DNA of 39,963 nt from an uncultured Alphaproteobacteria bacterium (GTDB lineage: Bacteria; Pseudomonadota; Alphaproteobacteria; GCA-002720895). The notes below the pieces were generated by a model. The model did not search any database. It saw only the letters and a program-made list of their open reading frames with translations, and was not told where the DNA came from. Positions 1 to 10,480 of the stretch are shown piece by piece. The translations under genes were made by a program, and so were the position numbers. The DNA is taken from contig CAYOOR010000112.1 of NCBI GenBank assembly GCA_964405695.1, positions 1-39,963 of the forward strand. The letters are read 5' to 3'. How positions within the stretch are numbered: position 1 is the stretch's first letter; every line of letters begins with the position of its first letter.

Positions 1-422
1 ATGCAACGAAAATTTTAGAAAATGTAAAGCCGAACAACCCTGACCAACAAGTTGGTGTTAGTATAGTAAAAAAAGCTATTGAGAGACCTGTAAGACAAAT
101 TGCAAAAAATGCTGGAGTTGATGGTTCAGTGATTGTAGGAAAATTACTAGAACAAGATAACCAAAATTTTGGTTATAATGCTCAAACTGGAAAATTCACT
201 GATCTTGTAAAAGATGGAATAATTGATCCGACCAAAGTTGTGAGATCAGCAATTCAAGATTCTGCATCAGTAGCTGGATTATTAATTACTGCTGAAGCTG
301 TGATAGCTGATTTACCTGAAGAAAAAAGTGACACCCCTGCTATGCCTGATATGGGCGGAGGCGGTATGGGTGGCATGGGCGGTATGGGCGGAATGGGCGG
401 AATGCCAGGAATGGATATGTAA
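1..422 (+). CDS. groL: Chaperonin GroEL, C-terminal part (5' end lies outside the window)
   Basis: The frame is open from base 3. The translation reads ...[37 protein letters not shown] and ends in the Gly-Gly-Met repeat tail ([17 protein letters not shown]) typical of GroEL. TAA stop at 420-422. Confidence 0.95.
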   Translation, partial: ATKILENVKPNNPDQQVGVSIVKKAIERPVRQIAKNAGVDGSVIVGKLLEQDNQNFGYNAQTGKFTDLVKDGIIDPTKVVRSAIQDSASVAGLLITAEAVIADLPEEKSDTPAMPDMGGGGMGGMGGMGGMGGMPGMDM

Positions 423-427
423 ATTAA

Positions 428-1567
428 TTAAAACTTTTTAATTAATATTCTTTTATACAATTCTTCTACTTTAAATAAAGACTGATTCATATTAAAATTC
501 TTTAACGAATCTTTATATGCACAATTCTTAATTTTATTAATTTTTAATTTATTTAACTTAAAAAAATTAATTATTAATTCTGATAAATTTTTATAATTAT
601 TAGGTTTAAACAGCCAACCAGATTTATTGTGAACAATAGATTCTTTATGTCCACCAGAATTTGAAGCAATTACTGGTAATTTAGATAACATGGATTCAAC
701 AATAACACGATTATGCCCCTCATTAATTGCCGGAGATATTAATAGATTTGAATTTTTGAACCAATAATTGATATTATAACAATCTTTTAAATAAAATAAT
801 TTTTTTCTAAACTCATTATCATTTATCTTTAAAAGTATTTTTCTCAAAATATTAAATTTATCACGACCTATAATTAAAAAAATAAAATCATCATTATTTT
901 TAGAAATGTTAATTGCAGCCTTGATAAAAATATCAACTTTTTTACTTTCAATTATATTAGAAAAAAATAAAATCTTTTTTTTTTTTATTTTAGAAAATCT
1001 TGTAATAATTTTTTTTTCACTTTTACTTATTACTCTCTTATTCAAAACAATCGGATTATATATCACAGAAGAATTATTATGAAATTTTTTAGGAAGCGTT
1101 TTTCTAACATACTTTGAAATACAAACAATTTTATCTGAATATCTAATTAAAAATTTATATAATTTCCAATTGGGAAATTTTGTTCTTAAATGCCATAAAA
1201 ATTTACTATCAGAAAATTTTGTTGGGATAACCCAATTAAAATGAATACTTACATCATTCGAATGAACAATTTTAATATTATTATTTTTAATAAAACTATT
1301 TATCTTAAAAAAATTTAAAATTAAAATTTTTAAATTAAAAAATATTCCTTTTTTTTTACCTGCAAAATCTCTAATTGGAATATAAGAAAAAATTATATTA
1401 TGTTGTTTTAAATAATTATATAAAATACCTTTTTTATGAAGAATAATTATTGGATTAAAAAATTTCTTATTTAAATTTTTAATAATATCTAGTGTAGAAA
1501 AATGACTCCCTCCTAAACTATCGCCAACAAAAGGAAAGCAAATGTTAAATTTTTTATTTATTTTCAT
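428..1567 (-). CDS. Glycosyltransferase, GT4/GT-B type (Glycos_transf_1-like)
   Basis: 379 aa. The C-terminal domain has an E-x7-E-like motif region: PAINEGHNRVIVESMLSKLPVIASNSGGHKESIVHNKSGWLF. Confidence 0.8.
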   Translation of the reverse strand: MKINKKFNICFPFVGDSLGGSHFSTLDIIKNLNKKFFNPIIILHKKGILYNYLKQHNIIFSYIPIRDFAGKKKGIFFNLKILILNFFKINSFIKNNNIKIVHSNDVSIHFNWVIPTKFSDSKFLWHLRTKFPNWKLYKFLIRYSDKIVCISKYVRKTLPKKFHNNSSVIYNPIVLNKRVISKSEKKIITRFSKIKKKKILFFSNIIESKKVDIFIKAAINISKNNDDFIFLIIGRDKFNILRKILLKINDNEFRKKLFYLKDCYNINYWFKNSNLLISPAINEGHNRVIVESMLSKLPVIASNSGGHKESIVHNKSGWLFKPNNYKNLSELIINFFKLNKLKINKIKNCAYKDSLKNFNMNQSLFKVEELYKRILIKKF

Positions 1568-1578
1568 AAACTAATTGT

Positions 1579-2544
1579 TTACAAAATATTATTTTTTAGA
1601 AAAAATCTGTAATATTTTTTTATATTAAGAGTGTGATCTTTAAGACTAGGTAAAGAAGTTTTTGTTCCTTTCAGAAACACATTGGTCATTTTATATAAAC
1701 CTGGCTTAAATAAAAAATCATCTTTATCCTTAAAATTTATTTTTGTTTCTTTAAATTTTCTATTTATAAAACTAAGTTCCTCTAATGGCTTAAAAATTAA
1801 ATGCTTATTAGATGTAAAAAAATCTAAACTCCATCTACCAGGCGTTTTCCAATTTGCATGATAAGAAAATAGAGCATTCTTTTTAGAAATACCAGAACCT
1901 GTAAAAATAGCGCCATTTCTATGCCATGAAACTTTATCATAACTATAGTTTATTATTTTCCTAGGTAACCCTCCCAAATAAAAAGCTAAATCTATTACAT
2001 GGATAGAGTTAGCCATAAACCATTGTTGTTTAACATCTATAGATGTTTTTTCTCGTGATATAAGATGAGATCTTTCTGTAAAATCAAACTTAAATGATTT
2101 AATTCCACCATCTAATATAATTAATTTTTTAGCTTCAATCGTAGAATTATAATATCGTCTATTAAAAGCTATATGAATTCTGTTTTTATATTTTTTTTGG
2201 AGTCTAACTAGATCAACTAATTGTTTCAAATATAATGCGCCAGGCTTTTCTAATAAAATATTTTTAATTTTAAATTTGATTAGAATCTTACATACATCAT
2301 ATAATTCTTCGATACCTACAGCAATAATAGCATAATTATAATTATTACTTTTATTAATTAAATATTCATTTAAATTATTTTTAGGTTTTATTCCAAATTC
2401 ATTGTAAAAATTTTTATTATTTTTTGCCCCTCTTCCAATTACTGTTAGATTATCTTTTTTAACTTATTTAATAATTACTTTGGCTTATTCTTTTGCCATA
2501 TAACCTGTTCCTATTAATAGAACTTTTTTTATGTAATTAGACAT
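1579..2544 (-). pseudogene. Gfo/Idh/MocA-family oxidoreductase interrupted by two in-frame TAA codons
   Basis: The ATG at 2544-2542 opens MSNYIKKVLLIGTGYMAKE*AKVIIK*VKKDNLTVIGRG...NILLEKPGALYLKQLVDL..., in the same frame as the 216-aa ORF 1579-2229. The stops are at 2487-2485 and 2466-2464. A Rossmann GxGxxA motif and an EKP motif are both present. Confidence 0.65.
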
Positions 2545-3509
2545 GAATTATATTTTTTTTTAGAATTTTTATTTATATGCTTTAAAAAATTAATTAATAA
2601 TTTTTTGTGAATTAATGTTGATTCACTAAACCTTGGTAAACTACAATTTCCTGTTTTTAAAATTTGATTAACATATCCATGCGTAGAATTTGAAACATAT
2701 GGTATTTTAAACATTTCTGTTTTTTCCTTTTTTTTTCTTTTTAAATCAATAATTCTACATTTACCTGATAGTTCATTATATATTATTTTATTATTTTTAA
2801 AAAAAATCTCTGTTGAAAAGTAATTTCTTTTTTTTCCATACGGATAATCAACATACAAAATTCTTTTTTTATCTAAACTTGAAAAAATAATATTACCATT
2901 AAATTCTATATATCCTTTTCTTTTAGAATTAACAATTTTTTTATCAAGTCCTGCAATATTAACTTTAAATTCTTTATTCTGAATTATTTCTTTATATACA
3001 CTTAAATAATGTATTGAATTACAACCAATATTATTTTCTGGTCCTTTTATAAAAATTTTAAATTCTTTTTCTTTCCTAAGTTTATTAATTATAAATTTAA
3101 AAAATGGAAAGTCTTGCACAGGCATATGAACCCATGATCGAATATTATTTTTTTTTAATATTTTATTAGCATCAGAATAATGAGAAACTTTTGGAAATAA
3201 AAATTTTTCAAAAAGTATAAATTTGATACTTGAATAATTTATAATTTTTTTTAAAACATTTAATCTTTCTTTAGAATTTGTTGCTATTATTAAGAAATCT
3301 ATTTTTTTTGGTAAAACGCTTAGTTTATTAGAATAAATAACATTATTTTTATATTTATCTTTTAGATTTACCAAATCCTTGATTTCATCAATTCTAGTTA
3401 ATGAATTCTCTATAATCCATAAATTCACAGAACTAATTATTTTCAATAATGATTGGAAATGTCTGAAACCTATATTGCCACAACCAACTACAACTATTTT
3501 TTTTTTCAT
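2529..3509 (-). CDS. Gfo/Idh/MocA-like NAD(P)-dependent oxidoreductase
   Basis: 326 aa. The N-terminus MKKKIVVVGCGNIGFRHFQSLL is a Rossmann GxGxxG motif. It is a tandem paralog of the disrupted gene downstream. Confidence 0.7.
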   Translation of the reverse strand: MKKKIVVVGCGNIGFRHFQSLLKIISSVNLWIIENSLTRIDEIKDLVNLKDKYKNNVIYSNKLSVLPKKIDFLIIATNSKERLNVLKKIINYSSIKFILFEKFLFPKVSHYSDANKILKKNNIRSWVHMPVQDFPFFKFIINKLRKEKEFKIFIKGPENNIGCNSIHYLSVYKEIIQNKEFKVNIAGLDKKIVNSKRKGYIEFNGNIIFSSLDKKRILYVDYPYGKKRNYFSTEIFFKNNKIIYNELSGKCRIIDLKRKKKEKTEMFKIPYVSNSTHGYVNQILKTGNCSLPRFSESTLIHKKLLINFLKHINKNSKKKYNSCLIT

Positions 3510-3526
3510 AAAAATTTTATTATTTG

Positions 3527-4618
3527 TTAATTTGTTTCATTTAATATTTTTTGCCAACCATTAGAAAAAATATTAAGATTAGAAATTCTTTTTAATTTTT
3601 TATAAGCGCTTATTGAAAAATTATTTCTTATATTTTTATTTTTTATATAATAATTAATTGATTTAACTAAAGAATTTTCATTATCATTTGCAAATAATTT
3701 TCCTGAATTATTATTTTTTATAAAAAATTTAATACCAGGAATATTAGAACCAATAACTGGTAATCTAAAATCAATAGCCTCAATTAAAGCATTTGGCATT
3801 CCTTCAAATCTTGAAGATAAAATAAAAAAACCTGATTTTTTATACCAATAACCTGTATTTTTAACAAATCCTTTAAAAAAAACATATTTTGTTATATTTA
3901 ATTTTTCACATTCTATTTTTAATTTTTTTTTATCAGGCCCTTCTCCTAAAATTACCAATTTCCAATCCTTTTTAATCGCAATACTTTTGGCAAAACTTCT
4001 TATTAATAAAATAATATTCTTTTGATAATTTAATCTTGCTACAGTCAAAATTATCTTTTCTTTTTTATTTTTTTTTTTTAACGGTTTAGATAAAATTAAA
4101 GGATTTGGTATAAAAATTATTTTTTTTTTAAAGAAAGGATATTTTTCTGCTTTATTATCAGGAATATTTTTAATAATCCTAAAAACAAAAGAATAAAGAA
4201 TTATTCTCAAAACTTTCCAAATTAATGGTATTTTTTGTTTAACCATATCATTTCTCTCATTTACAATTAATTTTCTTTTTAATCCAATATTAGCTAATAT
4301 CGATAATATATTTGTTGTTGTTAAAAAACTTATAACAATTGATTTTTTTTCTTTATTTATTTCTTTTCTTATTTTTCTTATTCTTTTGAAATTATAAAAA
4401 ACTTTTTCAAATATATTTTTCGATTTTTTGTATAAATTTAAATTTATAATCTTAATTTTTGATGAAAGTTGGAATGTTTGCTTAAATTTATCTAATAAAA
4501 TTAATTTTATATTAAATTTTTTAGTTACTAAAAAATTAATTAAATAAACTAAAACTTTTTGCGCTCCACCCACTTGTAGATCTGGAATTATAAAAATTAA
4601 ATTTTTTTTTACATTCAT
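3527..4618 (-). CDS. Glycosyltransferase, GT4/GT-B type
   Basis: 363 aa. Motif region: LSSRFEGMPNALIEAIDFRLPVIGSNIPGIKFFIKNNNSGKLF. Confidence 0.8.
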   Translation of the reverse strand: MNVKKNLIFIIPDLQVGGAQKVLVYLINFLVTKKFNIKLILLDKFKQTFQLSSKIKIINLNLYKKSKNIFEKVFYNFKRIRKIRKEINKEKKSIVISFLTTTNILSILANIGLKRKLIVNERNDMVKQKIPLIWKVLRIILYSFVFRIIKNIPDNKAEKYPFFKKKIIFIPNPLILSKPLKKKNKKEKIILTVARLNYQKNIILLIRSFAKSIAIKKDWKLVILGEGPDKKKLKIECEKLNITKYVFFKGFVKNTGYWYKKSGFFILSSRFEGMPNALIEAIDFRLPVIGSNIPGIKFFIKNNNSGKLFANDNENSLVKSINYYIKNKNIRNNFSISAYKKLKRISNLNIFSNGWQKILNETN

Positions 4619-4619
4619 T

Positions 4620-5564
4620 TTAATTTTTAGATAATAAGATTGTTCTTAAACCACCTTGAGTACAAATTAAATTGATTGCATCTTTATTTTTTATATTAAA
4701 AAATATTTTTCTTTTAACATCATCAGTTTTTATTGATGGCATGTTTGAAATGTATCCTAATTTTTCTAAAATTTTGGTACCGTGTTCTGAAGAACTTGAA
4801 GCTATTTTTACTTTATAGCCAATTTGAAACAACTTATTTAAATTCTTATTCATTTTATTATTTTTTTGATATTTAGATAAATGTGTTTCAAAACAAATCA
4901 TTGGATATTTCTTCAATTTATTTTTTGTTATATTTTCAAATATTTCAACTTCATGCCCTTCAACATCCATTCTAATTAAATCTGGATAAAAATATTTATT
5001 AAATAAATCAGTTAATTTATAAGTTTTTATATTTATAGAATTATTTTCATGCTTTATTTTTAATGGATTAAATGTTCCTAAATTAGAATGTGTCGATCTG
5101 TAAAACTTCTTTTTTCCAGTTATATTTGATACACCACCATGTATAACAATCGTATTATGTTCATTATTTAATTTTAAATTTAAGTTTAATAAATCAATAT
5201 TATCTTTTAATGGTTCTACAGCAATTATTTTTGATGATTTACTAATAAATTGTCTTTGTAAAAGAATATAATAACCAATATTTGCCCCTACATCAAAGAT
5301 GTTCATATTCTTTTTTAATATTTTTTTAAGTATAATTAAATGATCTATTTCTCGTTCACCAAATAAAATTAATGTGCGTGAAATTCCTTTATCAAAAGGA
5401 TTTAAAAACATTTTAAATTTAAATATTTTCTTTTTAATAAATTTTTTTGGATAAAAATTTTTATATATTTCTATTAAAAAAAAATAAAAGAAGGAAAATA
5501 AAAGTTTTTTTAAACCTTTTTTTTTAAGAATTAAAATAATATTTAAAAAATATTTTTGAATCAT
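4620..5564 (-). CDS. FkbM-family SAM-dependent methyltransferase
   Basis: 314 aa. Motifs: IFDVGANIGYY, IAVEPLKDNIDLL, DLIRMDVEGHEVEIF. Its ATG overlaps the upstream stop as ATGA. Confidence 0.75.
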   Translation of the reverse strand: MIQKYFLNIILILKKKGLKKLLFSFFYFFLIEIYKNFYPKKFIKKKIFKFKMFLNPFDKGISRTLILFGEREIDHLIILKKILKKNMNIFDVGANIGYYILLQRQFISKSSKIIAVEPLKDNIDLLNLNLKLNNEHNTIVIHGGVSNITGKKKFYRSTHSNLGTFNPLKIKHENNSINIKTYKLTDLFNKYFYPDLIRMDVEGHEVEIFENITKNKLKKYPMICFETHLSKYQKNNKMNKNLNKLFQIGYKVKIASSSSEHGTKILEKLGYISNMPSIKTDDVKRKIFFNIKNKDAINLICTQGGLRTILLSKN

Positions 5565-7489
5565 TTAAGTAAATTATTATTTTTTTTCCAAGATTGATAA
5601 ACTAAAACTGTCCAAATCGAATAATGCCAATTTCTTTTACTAGAAATATGTTCATTCCATTTTTCTATTATTTTTTTTGAATTTAAATAACCATCATCTA
5701 GTTTTTTTTTTATTAATAAATCTTCTGCCCAATCTCTTAAAGGACCTCTTAACCAACTGGCTAAAGGTATAGCAAATCCCATTTTTGGTCTATTTACTAA
5801 ATTTCTAGGTATATATTTTTCTAACATTTTTTTTAAAAAAAATTTAGATTCTCTATTTTTCTTTAAAAAATTATAATGCCATACATTTTTGAAAATATTT
5901 TCTTCTATAAATGGCACTCTAACTTCTAGTCCTTTGGCCATACTTGCTCTATCAACCTTTGTTAAAATATCATCTACTAAATAAGTATTTATATCTATAA
6001 TTTGCATTTGATCTTTCATATCTAAATAAGAATTATTATTAAATGTATAATTTTTGTCTAAAATATTTATTTTATTTAATGGAATTTCATTATCTTTCCA
6101 TTGAGATATAAAATATGAATACACTTTAAATATTGAATCCAAATTTATTGAATCTGCTAATTTATGAATTTTATCTCCAGGTAATGAATATTTATTAAAA
6201 TAAGGTAAAAATTTAAAAAAATTATCCCATTGATTAGGTGATAAAACTTTCATTGTTTTACAAATTACATTTCTAAAAACTTTAGGAAAGTTGTATAGAA
6301 ATCTTAATTTATTAATCCAATTATATCTATTATAGCCACCAAATAATTCATCACCTCCATCTCCAGACAAAACAACCTTAACTTGTTTACTTGTTATTTG
6401 GGATAATAAGATTGTTGGTAACTGTGATGAATCAGCAAAAGGCTCATCATAAATCTTTGCAACTTTAGGGATAAATTCTAATAAATCTTTATTTTTAAAA
6501 ATTACTTGATGATGATCAGTTTTTAAATGTTTGGCAACAGAACTAGCAAATTTTGATTCATCCAATGATTTATCTTCGAAACCTATATTAAAAGTTTTCA
6601 CAGTCGAAGTATTTTTTCTCATTAAAGCTGTAATAAGTGAACTATCAATACCGCCAGATAAAAAAGCCCCTATTGAAACATCTGATATCATATGTTTTTC
6701 TACTGATTTATTTATTGAGTCTTCAATTTTTTTTTCAATTTGTGTTGGACTTAGATTTATAACTTTTTTTTTATTTCTATTTTTTTCGGCTACTTTTTTA
6801 GCATCCCAATATTTCTCTTCTTTAATTGAACCATCTGATGAAAATATTATAAAATGACCAGGCAAAACCTGTCTTGTATTTTTATAAATACTTTGATTAG
6901 AAGGAATATAACCATATTTAAAATAAGATCCTAATGATTTGTAGCATATATCAGCATTCCACTTTTTATGTTTTTTAAAACTTTTAGATTGGGAGCTAAA
7001 TAAAAAAAGATTATTTTTAAAGCTAAAATAAAGCGGTTTAATACCAAATCTATCTCTCACAAGATATAATTTTTTTTTATAATTATCCCATAAAGAAAAT
7101 GCAAACATTCCAGAAATTTTATTAATTGTTTTTTTAATTCCCCAATACGAGAAAGCTTCTAATAGAACACGTGTATCTGATTTAGTATCAATATTTGTTC
7201 CATCTTTTTTTAAATCATTTATTAAATCAATAAAATTATAAATCTCACCATTAAAAACAATAATGTATCTCTTATTTTTACTTTCCATAGGCTGCTTACC
7301 TAAATTACTAATTTCTAATATTGATAAACGCCTGTGACCTAAAGCTAAATTTTTATCTTTATTTATCCAACAACCTTTGGAATCCGGACCTCTGTGATCC
7401 AGAGTTTTAGTCATATCATTAATAATACTTAAAATTTTCTCTGATCTATATTTCTTTTTTAGATCCCAAAATCCAACTATACCGCACAT
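5561..7489 (-). CDS. asnB: Asparagine synthase (glutamine-hydrolysing) family amidotransferase
   Basis: 642 aa. It has the N-terminal MCGIVGF nucleophile and the PP-loop AFLSGGIDSS. Confidence 0.85.
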   Translation of the reverse strand: MCGIVGFWDLKKKYRSEKILSIINDMTKTLDHRGPDSKGCWINKDKNLALGHRRLSILEISNLGKQPMESKNKRYIIVFNGEIYNFIDLINDLKKDGTNIDTKSDTRVLLEAFSYWGIKKTINKISGMFAFSLWDNYKKKLYLVRDRFGIKPLYFSFKNNLFLFSSQSKSFKKHKKWNADICYKSLGSYFKYGYIPSNQSIYKNTRQVLPGHFIIFSSDGSIKEEKYWDAKKVAEKNRNKKKVINLSPTQIEKKIEDSINKSVEKHMISDVSIGAFLSGGIDSSLITALMRKNTSTVKTFNIGFEDKSLDESKFASSVAKHLKTDHHQVIFKNKDLLEFIPKVAKIYDEPFADSSQLPTILLSQITSKQVKVVLSGDGGDELFGGYNRYNWINKLRFLYNFPKVFRNVICKTMKVLSPNQWDNFFKFLPYFNKYSLPGDKIHKLADSINLDSIFKVYSYFISQWKDNEIPLNKINILDKNYTFNNNSYLDMKDQMQIIDINTYLVDDILTKVDRASMAKGLEVRVPFIEENIFKNVWHYNFLKKNRESKFFLKKMLEKYIPRNLVNRPKMGFAIPLASWLRGPLRDWAEDLLIKKKLDDGYLNSKKIIEKWNEHISSKRNWHYSIWTVLVYQSWKKNNNLLK

Positions 7490-7490
7490 C

Positions 7491-8375
7491 TTATTTTAAT
7501 ATTTTAAGAAGATAATTTTTATAAGGACCTTCTGACATTGAGTAAGTCAATTGTTTTAATTGCGAATAATTTATCCATTTATTTAAGTAAGCTATTTCCT
7601 CTAAACAAGCAATTTTTAAACCCTGTCTTTGTTCTGTGTTTGCTATAAAGTTATTTGCAATTAATAAAGACTCAGGTGTGCCTGTATCAAGCCATGCAAA
7701 ACCTCTACCAAAAGTTTCCATATGCAATTTTTGTTTATTTAAATATACCTTATTAACATCAGTTATTTCTAATTCACCACGTTTAGATGGTTTTAATTTT
7801 TTAACAATTTCAACAACCTCACTATCATAGAAATATAATCCAGTAACAGCTAAATTTGATTTAGGTTTCTTTGGCTTCTCAGTCAATCTATAAGGATTAT
7901 TTTTTTTATCTAGTTCTATAACTCCATATCTTTGTGGATCATGAACTGGATATGAAAATATTGTTGCTCCTTTATCTTTAGATTTAGCAGAAAATAATTT
8001 TTCTCTAAAATTTTGACCATAAAATATATTATCACCTAAAATTAACGCGCATTTTGAATTATTAATAAATTTTTTACCAATTTTAAAAGCATCAGCGATA
8101 CCTTTAGGTTTTTTTTGTATTGCGTAGGAAATATTTATACCTATTTTTTTTCCATTTCCCAATAATGCTTTAAATGCTTTTAAGTCTTCTTGCTTAGTTA
8201 TAATTAAAATATCTTTAATATGTGATAGCATTAGAACTGATAATGGGTAATAAATCATTGGTTTATCATAAATAGCTAAAAGTTGTTTATTTACAGAAAT
8301 TGTAATTGGAAAAAGACGTGTTGCTCTTCCAGCGGCTAAAATAATTCCTTTTGTTTTATTTTTTATTTTTTCCAA
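7491..8375 (-). CDS. rfbA: Glucose-1-phosphate thymidylyltransferase (RmlA)
   Basis: 294 aa. Motifs: GIILAAGRATRLFPITISVNKQLLAIYDKPMIYYPLSVLML and GLYFYD. Confidence 0.9.
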   Translation of the reverse strand: MEKIKNKTKGIILAAGRATRLFPITISVNKQLLAIYDKPMIYYPLSVLMLSHIKDILIITKQEDLKAFKALLGNGKKIGINISYAIQKKPKGIADAFKIGKKFINNSKCALILGDNIFYGQNFREKLFSAKSKDKGATIFSYPVHDPQRYGVIELDKKNNPYRLTEKPKKPKSNLAVTGLYFYDSEVVEIVKKLKPSKRGELEITDVNKVYLNKQKLHMETFGRGFAWLDTGTPESLLIANNFIANTEQRQGLKIACLEEIAYLNKWINYSQLKQLTYSMSEGPYKNYLLKILK

Positions 8376-9405
8376 GCCTTTGCCCTTTATATTTAAATTT
8401 CCTTATTTCTTCCCACCAAACTTTATTTTTTAAATACCAATTAATTGTTTTAAATAAACCACTCTCAATATCTATAACTGGCTTCCATCCAATTTCTTTT
8501 TTTATTTTTGATGAATCTAAAGAGTATCTTTTATCATGTCCCGGTCTATCTTCAACATGAGTAATTAAACTGTTATATTTTTTATTGTTTTTTCTAGGAA
8601 CAATCAAATCTAAAATTTTGCAAATTTTTAATACTAACTTATTATTAGTTAATTCATCATCTCCACCAATATTATAAGTATTTCCGACCTTACCTTTAAG
8701 GTATATTTGATGTATAGCTTTTGCATTATCATTTACATATAACCAATTTCTAATTTGTTTACCATGTCCATAAATTGGCAACTTTTTTTCTTGTAAAGCA
8801 TTTAATATTATTAATGGAATTAATTTCTCAGGAAATTGATAAGGTCCATAATTATTAGATGATCTAGTTATTATTGATGGAAAGTTATAAGTTTTAAAAA
8901 AAGAAAAAATTAAATGATCAGCTGAAGTTTTTGAGGCAGCGTAAGGTGAATTCGGAGTTAAAAGGGCATTTTCTTTAGAAGAACCTTTTGATACAGAACC
9001 ATAAACTTCATCTGTAGAAACCTGGATAAATTTAAATTTATTATTTTTATTTTTTATTTTTAAATAATTTAAAGTACTTTTCAAAAGATTAAATACTCCA
9101 AGTATATTAGTATTAACAAAAGCACTTGGGCTATCAATTGATCTATCAACGTGAGTTTCGGCGGCAAAATTTATTAAACAATCAGGTTTATATTTTGAAA
9201 AAATTAATTTTGTTTTTTTCAAATCAGCAATATCGCCTTTTATAAAAATATAATTTTTATTATTTTGAAATTCCTTTAATGTTTTTTTGGATGCAGCATA
9301 AGTTATAAGATCTAAATTAATAATTCGATAATTTTTATTTAATATTTCTCTTATAAAGTTAGATCCGATAAAACCGCCACCACCTGTTACAAATATATTT
9401 TTCAT
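8356..9405 (-). CDS. rfbB: dTDP-glucose 4,6-dehydratase (RmlB)
   Basis: 349 aa. Motifs: VTGGGGFIGSNF, STDEVYG, YAASKTSADHL. Confidence 0.9.
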   Translation of the reverse strand: MKNIFVTGGGGFIGSNFIREILNKNYRIINLDLITYAASKKTLKEFQNNKNYIFIKGDIADLKKTKLIFSKYKPDCLINFAAETHVDRSIDSPSAFVNTNILGVFNLLKSTLNYLKIKNKNNKFKFIQVSTDEVYGSVSKGSSKENALLTPNSPYAASKTSADHLIFSFFKTYNFPSIITRSSNNYGPYQFPEKLIPLIILNALQEKKLPIYGHGKQIRNWLYVNDNAKAIHQIYLKGKVGNTYNIGGDDELTNNKLVLKICKILDLIVPRKNNKKYNSLITHVEDRPGHDKRYSLDSSKIKKEIGWKPVIDIESGLFKTINWYLKNKVWWEEIRKFKYKGQRLGKNKK

Positions 9406-9409
9406 TAAT

Positions 9410-10480
9410 TTAATTTTTTAGTAATTTTAAAAATCTTTTAACAAAAATTTCATCAGAACCTTTATTTGAAGTAAAAAATAAATATTTTTGTTGAGCATTT
9501 GTTGCCAATTCTTTTAACATTTTATAATTATCTAAGGCGTAAATTATTTGATCTCTTAAATTACTAAGATCCCATAAAAAAGGCAAATATGTTTTTTTAT
9601 TATACCATCTTGGCCACGTTTTAATTAAACTCATTTCAGGTTTTATAAGTATAGAGCCATGTAGAAATGCTTCAAAATCTCTTGGGCATAATTCCCCCCA
9701 ACCAAAAGGTGAAACAACAAATTTAGAATTTTTTAATTCCTCTATATATTTAAATCTTGATATTTTTTTAATTTTTGTAAATTCATTTAATATTTTTGAT
9801 ACTTTTCTTCTTTGGTATTCAACTGTTTCTCTATCATATTTAATTCCAATTCTACAAGATATATCATTTTTTCTCTCTATAGAAGGTAAAAAAAAATTTT
9901 TAGAATTAAATAATATATAATTACTCTTAAAAATAGAAAAAAATTTTTGTTTTAAATGTGAAAATTTTCCATGATCACATAAACCCATATTCCAAGAAAC
10001 TAAAATTTTTTTTAACAAATCTTTTTCTATAATAATATCTGTCTGTTGTTTATTTTTATCTATGATTTTAAATTTTTTATTATAAAAATCAGTAAATAAA
10101 CGGCCACCATAATGACTATTTGCATAATATTTTTTATCATTTAAAATTTGTCCTTTCCAATAAGAATTACATATTCTTAAAAAATCTTTTTTTAATTGAC
10201 CGCTATTATCCGCATTATCAGCAAAAATAAGTTTTGTATTTTTTGGTTTATTTTTATTAATAAACTCTAAAATATTTTTTTTATTTTTCTCAATTTCATT
10301 AAATCTACTATCAATAATTACCACATCACAATCAAATAATTTTTTGTTTAATAAATGAAGGAAAGAAAACCGAAAATTTATATCTTTAAACCTTTTTAAG
10401 GATTTTATTATTGGGTATATAAAACTATAAGAACAATAATCATTAAAAAAATTATTATTTATTAAAATATTAATTTTCAT
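9410..10480 (-). CDS. Hypothetical protein, possibly an exostosin-like (GT47-like) glycosyltransferase
   Basis: 356 aa. The C-terminal FVVSPFGWGELCPRDFEAFLHGSILI resembles the exostosin-family motif. This is a weak recognition only. Confidence 0.4.
   Translation of the reverse strand: MKINILINNNFFNDYCSYSFIYPIIKSLKRFKDINFRFSFLHLLNKKLFDCDVVIIDSRFNEIEKNKKNILEFINKNKPKNTKLIFADNADNSGQLKKDFLRICNSYWKGQILNDKKYYANSHYGGRLFTDFYNKKFKIIDKNKQQTDIIIEKDLLKKILVSWNMGLCDHGKFSHLKQKFFSIFKSNYILFNSKNFFLPSIERKNDISCRIGIKYDRETVEYQRRKVSKILNEFTKIKKISRFKYIEELKNSKFVVSPFGWGELCPRDFEAFLHGSILIKPEMSLIKTWPRWYNKKTYLPFLWDLSNLRDQIIYALDNYKMLKELATNAQQKYLFFTSNKGSDEIFVKRFLKLLKN

Noticed and set aside
355-419. A tandem, short-period repeat ggcggWatgggY.
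   Set aside because: It encodes the normal Gly-Gly-Met C-terminal tail of GroEL.
423-446. An 11-bp perfect A/T palindrome (attaattaaaa-c-t-ttttaattaat) between convergent groEL and the last glycosyltransferase. It could be a bidirectional terminator.
   Set aside because: The stem is A/T only, the loop is 2 nt, and it overlaps the glycosyltransferase stop codon. Palindromes like this are expected by chance at this base composition, so it is not reported as a feature.
3379-3564. Plus-strand ORFs from the six-frame track that lie inside minus-strand genes: 3379-3564, 6531-6857, 7636-7830, 8351-8560, 13617-13814, 17097-17324, 17780-17995, 21592-21996, 22889-23095, 25254-25487, 28581-28790, 28935-29228, 29924-30223 and 34543-34794.
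   Set aside because: All are antisense shadows of well-supported genes. Their translations are low-complexity Phe/Ile/Leu strings with no recognisable motifs. In A/T-rich DNA, the strand opposite Lys/Asn-rich coding sequence stays open by chance.
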